This document shows positions 9,786 to 20,427 of a stretch of 64,000 nt of DNA, one piece after another (positions within the stretch are counted from its first letter, which is position 1; each line of letters opens with the position of its first letter). A program made the translations under genes and the position numbers. Source of the stretch: a bacterium (GTDB taxonomy: Bacteria; UBA8248); the NCBI GenBank assembly GCA_965202625.1, contig CBDBBI010000010.1, positions 640,001 through 704,000 of the forward strand. Direction: 5' to 3'. Below the pieces are notes generated by a model. It made no database searches. It was not told the DNA's origin and saw only the letters and a list, made by a program, of their open reading frames with translations.

Positions 9786-12608
9786 TTATGACCTTCCGTG
9801 GCAATACTTGTATTTTTTCCCACTTCCGCAGGGGCACGGCTGGTTGCGGCCAACCTTGGGCGTGGCGCGCCTTACCGGAGTAGGTGTTTGTATTGCCTCT
9901 CCGGCGGTTTCATTTCTAAATCCCGATGCGTCTGAATGGGAGAATACCATCTCTTCCTCCTGGCGGGATTCTTCCAACGCGATATCCTCGTCTGAGACAT
10001 CAAGCCGGTACATATACAGAACCGTCTCCACTTCAATCTTTTCCGTCATTGCCCCGAACATATCGAATGCTTCTTGCTTGTATTCATTCAAGGGATTCAC
10101 TTGCGCATAGCCCCTCAGGCCGATTCCTTCTTTGAGTTGCTCGATGTTGGTGAGGTGATCCTTCCATTGCGTATCCAGTATTTGGATATAAACGAGTTTT
10201 GCGAGTTCCAAAATGTTTTCAGGATCAAAATCTCTATATTTCTCATCCAAAACGACTCGTATAAGATCCCGCACCCTCTGGACAAGTTCATCTCTCGGTT
10301 CTTTCGCTACATCCACCACTACCGGCGCGAAAGCAGAAAAAATGACCTTTTCCCCCTCTACAGTTGCGGGGATGCCATATTGTCTCTCTACGGCACCTGC
10401 AAAGATTTCTATGTCCCAATCCTCAAAATGTTCGGATTCCGGCAAATGCAAGTCCGCGATGGCGTCGAGTATCGTGGAGGCGGTTTCCTTGATTTGGTCG
10501 AGTGCGTCGGAGGATTCCAGAATCTCTCGCCGCATCGAATAGATGACTTCGCGCTGTTTGTTCATCACGTCGTCATATTCGAGAAGATGTTTTCTCATCT
10601 CGAAGTGATGCGCCTCAACGCGCTTCTGGGCGTTTTCGATGGCGCGCGTCACCATCTTGGCCTCAATGGGCACGCCCTCCTCCATTCCCAGTTTCTCCAT
10701 CAAGCCTTTAATCCTGTCGGAGCCGAAGATCCGCAATAGGTCATCTTCGAGAGAGAGGAAGAATCTCGAACTTCCCGGGTCTCCTTGCCTGCCCGATCGA
10801 CCACGTAGCTGATTGTCAATGCGACGACTTTCATGTCGTTCGGTCCCCACCACGTGAAGCCCGCCCAATTCGACTATTTTGTTATGCTCCTTTTCGCAGA
10901 GTGCCTGAAACTCCTTCAGCGCATTTTCATATTCAGTGCCTTCGTCCGCGCCCGCTTTCGACGAGGCAAGAAAATCCGGATTGCCGCCAAGTAGGATATC
11001 TGTTCCACGCCCCGCCATATTGGTTGAGATGGTGACGGCGCCCTTGCGTCCCGCTTGGGCGATGATCTCCGCTTCTTTACTATGGTTTTTTGCGTTGAGA
11101 ACGTGATGCGGAATGCGTCTTCTTTTGAGCATTGAGGCAAGTTTTTCGCTCTTCTCGATGTTGATTGTTCCTACCAGTACCGGCTTTCCACTTTTATGAC
11201 ATTCGAATATCTCGTCCACTACAGCATCCATCTTTTCTCGCTCCGTGCGATACACCACATCAGGATTTTCGACCCGAATCAATTCACGGTTCGTCGGCAC
11301 GATGGCCACGTCTATTTTATATGTGGAATTAAACTCCGCCGCCTCGGTGTCCGCCGTCCCTGTCATGCCGGCCAATTTATCGTAAAGCCTGAAATAATTC
11401 TGGAACGTGATAGTCGCTAGGGTCACGTTTTCTTCTTGAACCCTGACACCCTCTTTCGCCTCAAGTGCTTGGTGTAGGCCATCGCTGAAGCGCCGCCCGG
11501 GCATCATGCGGCCCGTGAATTCATCGACAATGATCACCTCGCTGTCCTTCACCACATAATCAACGTCTTTGGTGAACAGCACATGCGCCTTGAGAGCCTG
11601 CTCCACATGATGGAGCACAGTGATGCTGTTCATGTCATATAAGCTTTGATCATCCGCCATAATGCCAAAGCGACGTAAAAGCTTTTCCGCCTCATGCCCG
11701 CCTGCTTCTTTTAAGTTTACCGTGCGGCTTTTTTCATCGACAATGAGATATTCATATTTTTTCTTGCTGACGATATCTTTGCCGCCTTCAACGTAGCCAT
11801 CATCCTCTTCTACTACACCTTCCTCAATTATGCCTTGTTGTTCCTTGAGCAACGGGCATATGACACGGTTCACGATGCGGTACAAGCGCGTAGCCCCATC
11901 CGCCGGCCCGCTGATAATGAGAGGAGTTCTGGCCTCATCTATCAGTATACTGTCCACCTCATCCACGATGGCGTAGTTCAATTCGCGCATGACGCAACTG
12001 CCGGGTTCAAGCTTCATGTTGTCTCTGAGATAATCAAATCCAAACTCATTGTTGGTGCCGTATGTGATGTCGCAAGCATAGGCGCAACGACGCGCTTCAT
12101 CATCCATCTCGTGTTGAATGCATCCGACAGTAAGTCCGAGCGATCTGAACAGACGACCCATCCACTCAGAATCACGACGCGCGAGATAGTCGTTTACCGT
12201 GACGATGTGAACGCCCTTGCCTTCCAAGGCGTTCAAATACGCGGCAAGCGTGGCGACGAGGGTTTTTCCTTCTCCGGTTTTCATCTCGGTAATCGTTCCG
12301 CTATGGAGGATGACACCCCCGATGAGCTGAACATCGAAATGCCGCATCTGGAGGCGACGCCAGCCTGCTTCACGCACCAAGGCAAACGCTTCCGGCAAAA
12401 TGTCATTCAAAGTCTTACCAGCGGCGAGGCACTTCTTGAAGCGATCGGTCTCCTCGCTCATTTGCACGTCCGTCATTTTTTGAACACGGGGTTCGTGAGA
12501 ATTTATTTCCTCGACTATCGGTTGTATCTTTTTGAGGAGGCGGTCATTCGCCGTCCCGAATACGGACTTAAAGAGCAACATGCCTGACTGAAAAACCGAC
12601 CCTATCAT
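9786..12608 (-). CDS. secA: Preprotein translocase subunit SecA
   Basis: [47 protein letters not shown]-terminal SEC-C motif [13 protein letters not shown]. Confidence 0.99.
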   Translation of the reverse strand: MIGSVFQSGMLLFKSVFGTANDRLLKKIQPIVEEINSHEPRVQKMTDVQMSEETDRFKKCLAAGKTLNDILPEAFALVREAGWRRLQMRHFDVQLIGGVILHSGTITEMKTGEGKTLVATLAAYLNALEGKGVHIVTVNDYLARRDSEWMGRLFRSLGLTVGCIQHEMDDEARRCAYACDITYGTNNEFGFDYLRDNMKLEPGSCVMRELNYAIVDEVDSILIDEARTPLIISGPADGATRLYRIVNRVICPLLKEQQGIIEEGVVEEDDGYVEGGKDIVSKKKYEYLIVDEKSRTVNLKEAGGHEAEKLLRRFGIMADDQSLYDMNSITVLHHVEQALKAHVLFTKDVDYVVKDSEVIIVDEFTGRMMPGRRFSDGLHQALEAKEGVRVQEENVTLATITFQNYFRLYDKLAGMTGTADTEAAEFNSTYKIDVAIVPTNRELIRVENPDVVYRTEREKMDAVVDEIFECHKSGKPVLVGTINIEKSEKLASMLKRRRIPHHVLNAKNHSKEAEIIAQAGRKGAVTISTNMAGRGTDILLGGNPDFLASSKAGADEGTEYENALKEFQALCEKEHNKIVELGGLHVVGTERHESRRIDNQLRGRSGRQGDPGSSRFFLSLEDDLLRIFGSDRIKGLMEKLGMEEGVPIEAKMVTRAIENAQKRVEAHHFEMRKHLLEYDDVMNKQREVIYSMRREILESSDALDQIKETASTILDAIADLHLPESEHFEDWDIEIFAGAVERQYGIPATVEGEKVIFSAFAPVVVDVAKEPRDELVQRVRDLIRVVLDEKYRDFDPENILELAKLVYIQILDTQWKDHLTNIEQLKEGIGLRGYAQVNPLNEYKQEAFDMFGAMTEKIEVETVLYMYRLDVSDEDIALEESRQEEEMVFSHSDASGFRNETAGEAIQTPTPVRRATPKVGRNQPCPCGSGKKYKYCHGRS

Positions 12609-12722
12609 TTATCACTCCACTGGGATTTATTCACCCGAATCAGCTTCCTTAATTAGGTAGGTTATCATGGTGTTTTAGGGGGAAAAAGCAAATGTCTCAT
12701 GCGGGCTGGCGCGTTATTCGAC

Positions 12723-13590
12723 TTACTCTACAATATAGAGTTGGGAATTGACGGCGACTTTGTTTACTTGAATTTCATAGTGGAGATGCGGACTGGTCGC
12801 TCTACCCATAGAGTCGACTTTGGCGATGATATCACCTCTTTTTACGTGCTGGCCGACTTTCAGCAGATTCACGCTATTGTGGACGAATTTCGCAACAATG
12901 CCCTGTATGTGCCAAATTGCAACAATTCTCACATGCCCGCCCTTTCTGCTGGCCAGAATGACAACACCATCCGCCGGGACGAATATAGGCGTTCCTTCTC
13001 TCGCGACAACATCAATGCCCTGATGAAATTCTCGCTGATTCGTAAATGGGGAGCGCCTGTATCCAAAACCGGAGGAGAGCCACCCTTTGACGGGCCATAT
13101 GGAGGGCGTGTGAGAGAGCAATACGTTTTTGTCTCGAAAGGCTCTCAGTAAGCCATTGAACCCGTTTTCTTGTTCAGAGGCGCGTCTTTCAATGCCCTAA
13201 AACTGACGATTTAGACTCCGTATGAACCTTTGCACAGACGGAGTGAGTTGTCCAAGTTCATCAGGTAGCGGACCTTTCGTAACGCCTCCTACGCCCGGAG
13301 TGTCATTTCGCTTGCCCAGATTCAATGAAGCCATAATGCGAAGATGGCATTTAAATTGATGGAGTTGGGTCCATCTATTATGGAAGGATCGGAGTTGGCA
13401 CTGAATGTCTCCAGCAGTCGCTTTTGTGTTTTGTTTTAATGTTTGAGGAGCGAGAGTTCGGCCACATGTATCTCACTAAGAGTATCCTATATTTCGTAGG
13501 GCTATCATTTCTCGTGATGTTAAAGAGTCGGGTAACACTGGAATTACTTGGTATCACGATGATGGTGTCCTTCTTGCCCATCGCAGGCAT
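12723..13590 (-). pseudogene. M23 family metallopeptidase pseudogene
   Basis: C-terminal TPSIWPV.GWLSSGFG, HQGID, PHLHYEI; in-frame TAG at 13197-13199 in the coiled-coil; separate N-terminal fragment (KKDTIIVIP) at 13378-13590. Confidence 0.8.
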
Positions 13591-13700
13591 TCCCAGAAGC
13601 TTCCCGAAATCTTTTTTTATTCAGAGTCGCATATAGCTATTGAGGATCAAAACCCTAAGTCAAATGACCCCTGAAGTAAAGAATCGGCGAAGAAATAAAT

Positions 13701-14531
13701 TCAACGCATCACAGCCCCTGAGTCGACCAGAATCGCTTGACCCGTGATAGTTTTCGCATCATCACTCGCCAGGAATGCGACTGCACGCCCAATGTCCTCA
13801 ACCGATTGCTCTAATCCCAAAGGCGTTTGTTCCACAAAGTGATCGAAAACTTCTCTTGGCGTTTTTCCGCTGAAGTTTGGGAACTTTTTGATGAGCTGAG
13901 CGGATAGATTCTTCCACATCGCGCTCCAAATCAAGCCCGGACAAACCGCGTTCACTGTAATGCCCTCGCGCGCTACCTCGCGTGCGAGGGCCTGAGTGAA
14001 TATGATAACCGCCGCTTTGCTGGCACTATAATGGGGTATGGTTTCTCGGCCATCGCGTCCGGCACGCGAGGAAATGTTTATCACGCGCCCCCAGCCCTTG
14101 CCCTTTACTTTATCAAGCGCGGCTTGGCACAGCAAAAAAACGCCCTTCACGTTCACGCTATACGTGTCGTCCCAATCATCCTCAGTGATGTCGGACAAAG
14201 GCGGACCAAGTTTGAAGTCCACCCCACCGATGACGCCCGCGTTGTTGACTACAATATCGAGGCCGCCGAATTCCTTGGCGACCACATCCACGACTTCCAC
14301 GCACTCGCTTTTGTTCGTTACGTCAAGGGCGTAAGGGATGGCGCGCACCCCCAATGTTCTTACCTCCTTCGCCGTCTCCTCCGCAGCGGCCGGCGAGATG
14401 TCGGCCAACGCCACATGCGCGCCCTCTTCCGCCAGGCACCGGGCGATACCGCGCCCTATTCCTCCTGAGGCGCCAGTGATGAGCGCGACTTTTCCCCTCA
14501 AGCCTCGCTCTCTGGGTAGAGGAGAAACCAT
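13701..14531 (-). CDS. SDR family NAD(P)-dependent oxidoreductase
   Basis: TGASGGIG, NNAG, YSASK. Confidence 0.92.
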   Translation of the reverse strand: MVSPLPRERGLRGKVALITGASGGIGRGIARCLAEEGAHVALADISPAAAEETAKEVRTLGVRAIPYALDVTNKSECVEVVDVVAKEFGGLDIVVNNAGVIGGVDFKLGPPLSDITEDDWDDTYSVNVKGVFLLCQAALDKVKGKGWGRVINISSRAGRDGRETIPHYSASKAAVIIFTQALAREVAREGITVNAVCPGLIWSAMWKNLSAQLIKKFPNFSGKTPREVFDHFVEQTPLGLEQSVEDIGRAVAFLASDDAKTITGQAILVDSGAVMR

Positions 14532-14534
14532 CGT

Positions 14535-14930
14535 TTATTTTCCGTATCCCGTCATAGTCCCGCCCGTTTCCAACCAATCCTCAAATACTTGGAGGCTTTC
14601 CAGAACGGCGGGAACGCCACCGTAGGGCGACATCTGAAAGATGACCTCCATGATCTCTTCGTCTGTCGCGCCATAACTCCTCAAGGCCGTGAAATGAGAG
14701 CGCATCTGGTTGAATCGGCCCGTTACGCACAAGGCCGCCAGCGCACAGAGCTCTCGCGTTTTGTGCGGGAGTACATTACGATCATACAAGCCACCATGAA
14801 CGAATCGTTGAAACAACATGGAGAAATCAGGGTCGAGTTTATTCAAGCGACCAAACAGTTTTTCCGTATAGCCTTCTCCATACTGCGTATTGCCGCGTCT
14901 AATCGCCGGCGGGTAGAATTCTCCGGTCAT
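14535..14930 (-). CDS. Carboxymuconolactone decarboxylase family protein
   Basis: KTRELCALAAL, GATDEEIMEVIFQM..YGGVP; no CxxC. Confidence 0.85.
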   Translation of the reverse strand: MTGEFYPPAIRRGNTQYGEGYTEKLFGRLNKLDPDFSMLFQRFVHGGLYDRNVLPHKTRELCALAALCVTGRFNQMRSHFTALRSYGATDEEIMEVIFQMSPYGGVPAVLESLQVFEDWLETGGTMTGYGK

Positions 14931-14964
14931 TTATGACTCTCCTCAGTTGGCACACGAAAATCCG

Positions 14965-15894
14965 CTAGTCGGCTTCGATGATTTCGTTGCGCAATCGACC
15001 CAGGCCGCCAATTTCCACTTCCACCACGTCGCCCGGAGTGAGGAACGAGGGCGTTTCTCGTGCATAACCTACGCCCGAGGGCGTACCCGTCAAAAAGATA
15101 TCGCCCGGCTCCAAGGTAAAACCTTCTGAAAGGACTGAAATCATGGATGGAATATCGTGAATCATCATGTTCGTGTTGGAATCCTGGCGCGCTTTGCCGT
15201 TCACCCAGCTCTTGATGGTTTGGTTCATCGGATCGCCATAGTATTCTTTTGGAACGATGTACGGCCCAAGAGGGCACGTGCTATCAAGGGTCTTGCCCTT
15301 GAAAATCTGTTTGTGTCGCCTCTGAATATCTCTTGCGGAGATGTCGTTTGCGCAACAATAACCAAAGATGTGCTCATAGACTTTATCTTGATGTATGTTT
15401 TTTCCACTTTTACCGATAATGACGGCGATTTCGGCTTCATAGTCGAGCTTTTCGGTCACCCCCCGGTGGGCGGGTATGCCCTGATTATGTCCGATGAGCG
15501 CACTTTGCGCCTTGGTGAAGAAGATGGGATGGTCGAGGTTGACCCTTGTCGTCTGCGCATCCTTCGCTTGCAACCCCTCATTCACATGATCCTGATAGTT
15601 GAGTCCCATACACAGAACGTGCTTGGGGGGAACGGGAATCGGGGAGATGTGTTGGACGTCCTCAGGGAGCATGAGAATGGGTGCCAACTCTACGGCGTTC
15701 TCTTCGGCTTGTGATATCAAATTGTGCAACGCCGAGCTATGAGCTTCCCACGTCTTGATGATTTCAATCATGCTGTCGAACGCCAGCTCTTTTTTTCCCA
15801 GAACTCCGGCCAGACGCGAGATGTGAGCGATTCTATCGCCCACATAAACGCCGACTCTCTGAAGACCCCTGTAATTGTATGACAACAGTTTCAT
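14965..15894 (-). CDS. Fumarylacetoacetate hydrolase family protein
   Basis: GLNYQDH, LDYEAE, NDISARDIQ, KGKTLD, TGTPSGVG. Confidence 0.92.
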   Translation of the reverse strand: MKLLSYNYRGLQRVGVYVGDRIAHISRLAGVLGKKELAFDSMIEIIKTWEAHSSALHNLISQAEENAVELAPILMLPEDVQHISPIPVPPKHVLCMGLNYQDHVNEGLQAKDAQTTRVNLDHPIFFTKAQSALIGHNQGIPAHRGVTEKLDYEAEIAVIIGKSGKNIHQDKVYEHIFGYCCANDISARDIQRRHKQIFKGKTLDSTCPLGPYIVPKEYYGDPMNQTIKSWVNGKARQDSNTNMMIHDIPSMISVLSEGFTLEPGDIFLTGTPSGVGYARETPSFLTPGDVVEVEIGGLGRLRNEIIEAD

Positions 15895-15942
15895 ACGTAT
15901 CTCCTATTCATGCGGCTCTCCTGGAGGTGGTGATTTTGAGAT

Positions 15943-17031
15943 TCAGGAAACCTTGTAGCGGGCAAGCGCATCCGACGTGAACTCGACGCCATGCCCTGAC
16001 ACTTCAGGAACGTTAACGCACCCATCGCGCACGGAAAAATCTTCCGTGAGATCATCTGACGAGAAGAATTCCATATATTCGACCATATATCCCCTAGGCG
16101 TCGCGCCTACGAGGCTGACCGACAGTTCATGGACCAAATGACTGCTCAGGGAAACGTTGAAAGCATCGGCTAGGTGCGCAATTTTGATAAACTCCGTCAC
16201 GCCCCCGCAGCGACAAACGTCTGGCTGTAAGAAACCCACCGCCCGGCGTTCACATATTTCTCGAAATCCCCAACGCATGTAAGCGTTCTCACCCGCCGCG
16301 ATGGGGACCATACTCCTCTCAGCCACTTCGGCAAGATCGTCGACACAATCGGCAAGGACGGGTTCCTCAAACCAGGCGACGCCGTGTTCCGCCAACATAG
16401 TGGAGACTTCAATCGCCTCGCGCACGTTGTAGTTTTGGTTCGCGTCGCAGAAGAAGATAAAATCCTCCTCTACATTTTTTCTGAGAAATGCGATACGCTC
16501 CTTATCCCTCTCCGTTCCGATCTTCAGTTTATAACCTCTCATGCCGAGTGCGGCGGCCTCTTCGGCTTCTTCGAGCAGTTCAGCGTCCGAAAGCGTATGC
16601 CACCCGCCACTACCATATACTGGCACTTTTTGGCGAAATCCACCCAAAAGGCGATTCAACGGCAGACCAGCAGATTTCGCCACCACGTCCCAACAAGCGA
16701 TGTCCACCGCAGAGAGAGAATATAAACCTAACCCCCCGCGCATTCTCGCTTTGTTTGGCGCCCACATTCGGTGCCAAAGCGCCTCAGGGGCCAAAGCGTC
16801 TTGCCCTATCGCCAACGGGGCCAATTCATTGTCAATGTAAGGCCGCATCGCAGCGGTGCCCTCCCCGCCCAGACCCATCGTAAAACCCGTGCCGGTTGGG
16901 CCGCCTTCGGTATGAAGATGGACCACAATGACGTCAAGGTGCGTATAAGCTCCAAGCGAACTTTGAAATGTTTTCTTAAGAGGAACTTTAAGGGGAATAG
17001 AATCAAGGGAGCGTATTTTTAGTTTTGACAT
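15943..17031 (-). CDS. Mandelate racemase/muconate lactonizing enzyme family (enolase superfamily)
   Basis: SAVDIACWD, KLK, DANQ, EEP, GEN, QPD motifs. Confidence 0.92.
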   Translation of the reverse strand: MSKLKIRSLDSIPLKVPLKKTFQSSLGAYTHLDVIVVHLHTEGGPTGTGFTMGLGGEGTAAMRPYIDNELAPLAIGQDALAPEALWHRMWAPNKARMRGGLGLYSLSAVDIACWDVVAKSAGLPLNRLLGGFRQKVPVYGSGGWHTLSDAELLEEAEEAAALGMRGYKLKIGTERDKERIAFLRKNVEEDFIFFCDANQNYNVREAIEVSTMLAEHGVAWFEEPVLADCVDDLAEVAERSMVPIAAGENAYMRWGFREICERRAVGFLQPDVCRCGGVTEFIKIAHLADAFNVSLSSHLVHELSVSLVGATPRGYMVEYMEFFSSDDLTEDFSVRDGCVNVPEVSGHGVEFTSDALARYKVS

Positions 17032-17043
17032 TTCCTCTCCTGT

Positions 17044-18219
17044 CTACAAAAACCGCATGGAGCGAATGCGCATGGCTTGGTTCGTCCCGTCTGAGTGCAA
17101 AAAGCTGGTTACGTCTCTTAAATATTTTTCCATTGGCGCGTCCGTCATATAGCCAGTACCGCCCCAGACCTCTAGGGCGCGCGTCGCGATTCGGTATGAT
17201 GACTCGGACACGAAACATTTGGTCATAAAACCCATTTTGGGGTCATACAAACCCTCTTGGCCTGCTGTCCAGGCCGCATAATGGAGCAATCGTCTGCTCG
17301 CTTCATATTCGGCGAAACAATCCGCGAGCAAGAAACCGACCGCCTGGTGCTCGATAATCGCTTTGCCCCCTTGAATTCGATTTCGAGCGTGTTCGAGGGC
17401 GTCTTCGTAGGCTGCCCTGGCGGTGCCGAGAACCGTGGCGGCGGCCTCTATATTCGAACCCGGGACGAAATTTCGGCGCACCGCCATAGCATTGTTCACT
17501 TCCGAGATGCGATTTTCATCGGGTATCCTACAGTTCTCAAAAACAAGCTCTGCGTTCAAAGAGAGCCGCTGTCCCATTTTGTCATGAAATTTTCCGTAGC
17601 AAAAACCCTCCATGTCAGGTGTGATGAGGAAATACGTCATCCCTGCCGACACGCCTTTTGTCGTGTCCGTTCTCATGGCGACGATGCAAAGTTTAGCGAT
17701 GCCGCCGTTGCTGATATATCGCTTCTTCCCGTTTCCTATCCAATCATCTCCATCGCGCACTGCGGTCGTGCGCACGCCAGCGTCAGGGCTGTCGTAGGGA
17801 ATGATGTTATCCGATCCGCCCGACTCCTCCGTCATCCCAACGGCTAGATGAAAAAGATGATCTTCCAGAAAAGGTCTCAGGTAACGTTCTTTTTGCCCTT
17901 CATTCGTCAACTTTTCAAACAGATGGGTAATCTTCCACGTTTGGTCAAATGTGACGGCCGTGCCCAGGTCTCCCCAGGCGAGTTCCTCGCCCACGATGCA
18001 TAAGGTGAGAACATCGCAGCCGCCACCCCCTATCTCCTTGGGCGCAGCGAGAGTCCTCAAACCCAGTTTGCTCCCCTTCTCTAAAACATCCCATGGGAAG
18101 CGCTTTATGGGGTCGGGTTCTTTGTCCAGAGTAGCGGCGACGGGGCGAATCTCCTGTTCGGCAAAATCGCGTGCTGTTTTTTGCAGTTTTTTTTGCTCGG
18201 CAGTGAGCGTGAAATCCAT
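17044..18219 (-). CDS. Acyl-CoA dehydrogenase family protein
   Basis: MDFTLT.EQ, MTEESGGSD, NGKKRYISNG, R.QGGKAI, GGTGY; start placed at ATG 18219. Confidence 0.9.
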   Translation of the reverse strand: MDFTLTAEQKKLQKTARDFAEQEIRPVAATLDKEPDPIKRFPWDVLEKGSKLGLRTLAAPKEIGGGGCDVLTLCIVGEELAWGDLGTAVTFDQTWKITHLFEKLTNEGQKERYLRPFLEDHLFHLAVGMTEESGGSDNIIPYDSPDAGVRTTAVRDGDDWIGNGKKRYISNGGIAKLCIVAMRTDTTKGVSAGMTYFLITPDMEGFCYGKFHDKMGQRLSLNAELVFENCRIPDENRISEVNNAMAVRRNFVPGSNIEAAATVLGTARAAYEDALEHARNRIQGGKAIIEHQAVGFLLADCFAEYEASRRLLHYAAWTAGQEGLYDPKMGFMTKCFVSESSYRIATRALEVWGGTGYMTDAPMEKYLRDVTSFLHSDGTNQAMRIRSMRFL

Positions 18220-18266
18220 TGTTTCGCCCTTTACTTTGTGCAAAGTTGTCCATGAGATAATAGAAT

Positions 18267-18306
18267 ATGCCTATGCGCCAAAATTCATTCAAAATAACAT
18301 AGGCAT
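18267..18306. promoter_or_regulatory. Inverted repeat upstream of the catabolic cluster (possible operator)
   Basis: ATGCCTATG-N22-CATAGGCAT in the AT-rich intergenic region. Confidence 0.35.
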
Positions 18307-18428
18307 GTTGAATAATATCTTTTCATTCTTTTGTTCGCAATAGTGAGCAAGGTGAGAATAGGCGAGCATTTCTACATATCGTAATTATAATCTGTGGATG
18401 AAAGTCGCTTAGTTTCAATTGGTTATTA

Positions 18429-19211
18429 TCAATATGAGCCTTTGTCTTCTCCTTTCCACATACGCCATCTCACGATGATGGCGCCAAAAACGATGAGGAG
18501 GACAGCGCTCGCAAGATATGCGGCGCGAACCGAACCAATCAAAAGACTATCCGCGCGAAAACCGCTTACCGAGGCACGGCCAAATGAATACAAAACAAAA
18601 TAGAGACAAAATATAAATCCGGGCTTGTGATTCGTCAGCCGCAATCTTCGGAGGATAAAGAACCACAACAGATTCAAAATCAGCTCGTATAGCATCACGG
18701 GATGCGTTGCTTGGCTAGGGAACTCCCTGCCCGCAATAGAGATTAGGGGAAACTCAACGCCCCACGGCATCGTTGTCGGGACGCCGTGGGCGTCGCCATT
18801 CATGAAATTTCCAAATCGCCCAAACGCCTGCCCGAGCACCACGGCGGGAGCCACTGCATCGCTAAATTCCCACATAGAGACGGGGTGTTTTCGGAGATAG
18901 ACGTATCCGGCCAGGGATCCGCCCAGTAGGCCGCCATGTATCGCGAGACCGCCATGCCATACGGCGATGATCTCCCACACATTTTTGCTGTAAAATTCCC
19001 AGTTGAACAAGACGTAATAGATTCTGCCGCCGGCGATGCCAGCGAACATCGCGATGAGGCCAAAACTCATCACCTCATCCGAGGTGATGGGCATATTTTT
19101 CCGTTCTGCCTCTTTGCTCACCAGCTGCGCTCCGACTAGAACAGCAGCGACATACATGAGTCCGTACCAACGCAACGAGAACGGACCAATTTCAAATATA
19201 ACGGGGCTCAA
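18429..19211 (-). CDS. lgt: Prolipoprotein diacylglyceryl transferase
   Basis: RWYGLMY, GGRIYYV, GGLAIHGG, GRFGNFMNG, HPVMLYE. Confidence 0.96.
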   Translation of the reverse strand: MSPVIFEIGPFSLRWYGLMYVAAVLVGAQLVSKEAERKNMPITSDEVMSFGLIAMFAGIAGGRIYYVLFNWEFYSKNVWEIIAVWHGGLAIHGGLLGGSLAGYVYLRKHPVSMWEFSDAVAPAVVLGQAFGRFGNFMNGDAHGVPTTMPWGVEFPLISIAGREFPSQATHPVMLYELILNLLWFFILRRLRLTNHKPGFIFCLYFVLYSFGRASVSGFRADSLLIGSVRAAYLASAVLLIVFGAIIVRWRMWKGEDKGSY

Positions 19212-19335
19212 ATGTTTGATTCCTCATCCGATTGGAGATGAGCGCGAAGCGGCATCTTTGAGCAAAGGGCGACTTTGCGCTTCTGATACGAATGGCGTCG
19301 CTTGATTCCATTCCCGATACGATGTGTCGGCCCGA

Positions 19336-20427
19336 TTATTTTGGGTGGCGATAGATATAGCTTTCCGGATAATAGTCCTTCCACCCGAACCAAAACGAGA
19401 GCGTACTGGGGAGCTGACGCAACCGAGCGCCTTTTAGCGGCCCATGAACCGCAAGGCCGGTTAAGCGTTGCCAACGTGAACCCGTTTTTGTGTCTTTCAT
19501 GAACCGGCAAACGGTGGAGTCTTTCCCATCGCTCTCTTCAAGAACCGCGAATTGTAGTATCTCTCCATTCAAAGAACGATCAAAAACAACGCCTGAGCCC
19601 GCACTGTCGCAATAGGTGACCAAAACTTCTCGCCCAGAAAAATGGTCGTTCACTAATCCGGCGCGATTCAAATCAGCAAATGGATATACCTTGGCCACCT
19701 GTTTTTCATTCTCCTTTGGAACGTCAAGGACAAGGCCAACCAGCAAGGTTTTCGGATGCAGACGATCGTCTCGATATTTAGAGGGGATAACGCCCGTTTT
19801 CGAGCTGTAGTAGTAGCCTTCATAGGGATCTCGAGAAGCACCGCGAAACATTCCACTAAGCCCGTTACCCTCTTTTTTCAAGACCAGGGTGTCGGGATAA
19901 AGTTGCTTCCATTCAGAATAGCGAAGCATGGCTGCGGGATAAATTTCTAGGCGCTTGCCCTTCAGAGGACCAATAACAGCCTTGCCCGTGAGATGGCTCC
20001 ATAGAGAATCCGTTTGCCGATCATACATGATGAGGGCGTTCTTCCAAAGTTTGCCCGAAACCCCAAAAGTGAGTTTCTTGCCTTCTAAATCACGGCTATA
20101 CACGATGGCCGTATAGCAAAGCGGTCACCACGTAACGGCTATGGATCGTCCCCCTACAACGTCGTTGACAATCTCGTGAGAACTGAGAAGGGGAACCGAA
20201 TAGGCCCTCTTATCTCCTTTGATATTGACGCCGATGACCATTTCACTGGGCTGCATGAACTTGTCCGCATCTTTCGCCTTAACGAATTTTGGTGCATCAA
20301 TTGAGGGTATCGCATCTTTCGGCAATAAGGTGCGGATTTCACCTTCCGGATTGGCAGCACCAAAAATCGGAAAAATGAGGAAAACGAGGAAAAATGAAGA
20401 GAAAGAAACGCATCGTATCAGCGTCAT
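19336..20427 (-). CDS. DUF3179 domain-containing selenoprotein (Sec at TGA 20125-20127)
   Basis: ORFs 20125-20427 and 19336-20103 are in one frame and join as ...HEIVND...AVTW-TGA-PLCYTAIVYSR...FGVSGKLW...MYDRQTDSLWS; the TGA occupies the first Cys of the family CPLC motif; signal peptide present. Confidence 0.88.
20095..20117 (-). promoter_or_regulatory. Putative bacterial SECIS element of the DUF3179 gene
   Basis: GCUAUAC-G-GCCAU-CGU-GUAUAGC hairpin at +8 to +30 after the UGA; apical loop starts with G. Confidence 0.65.
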
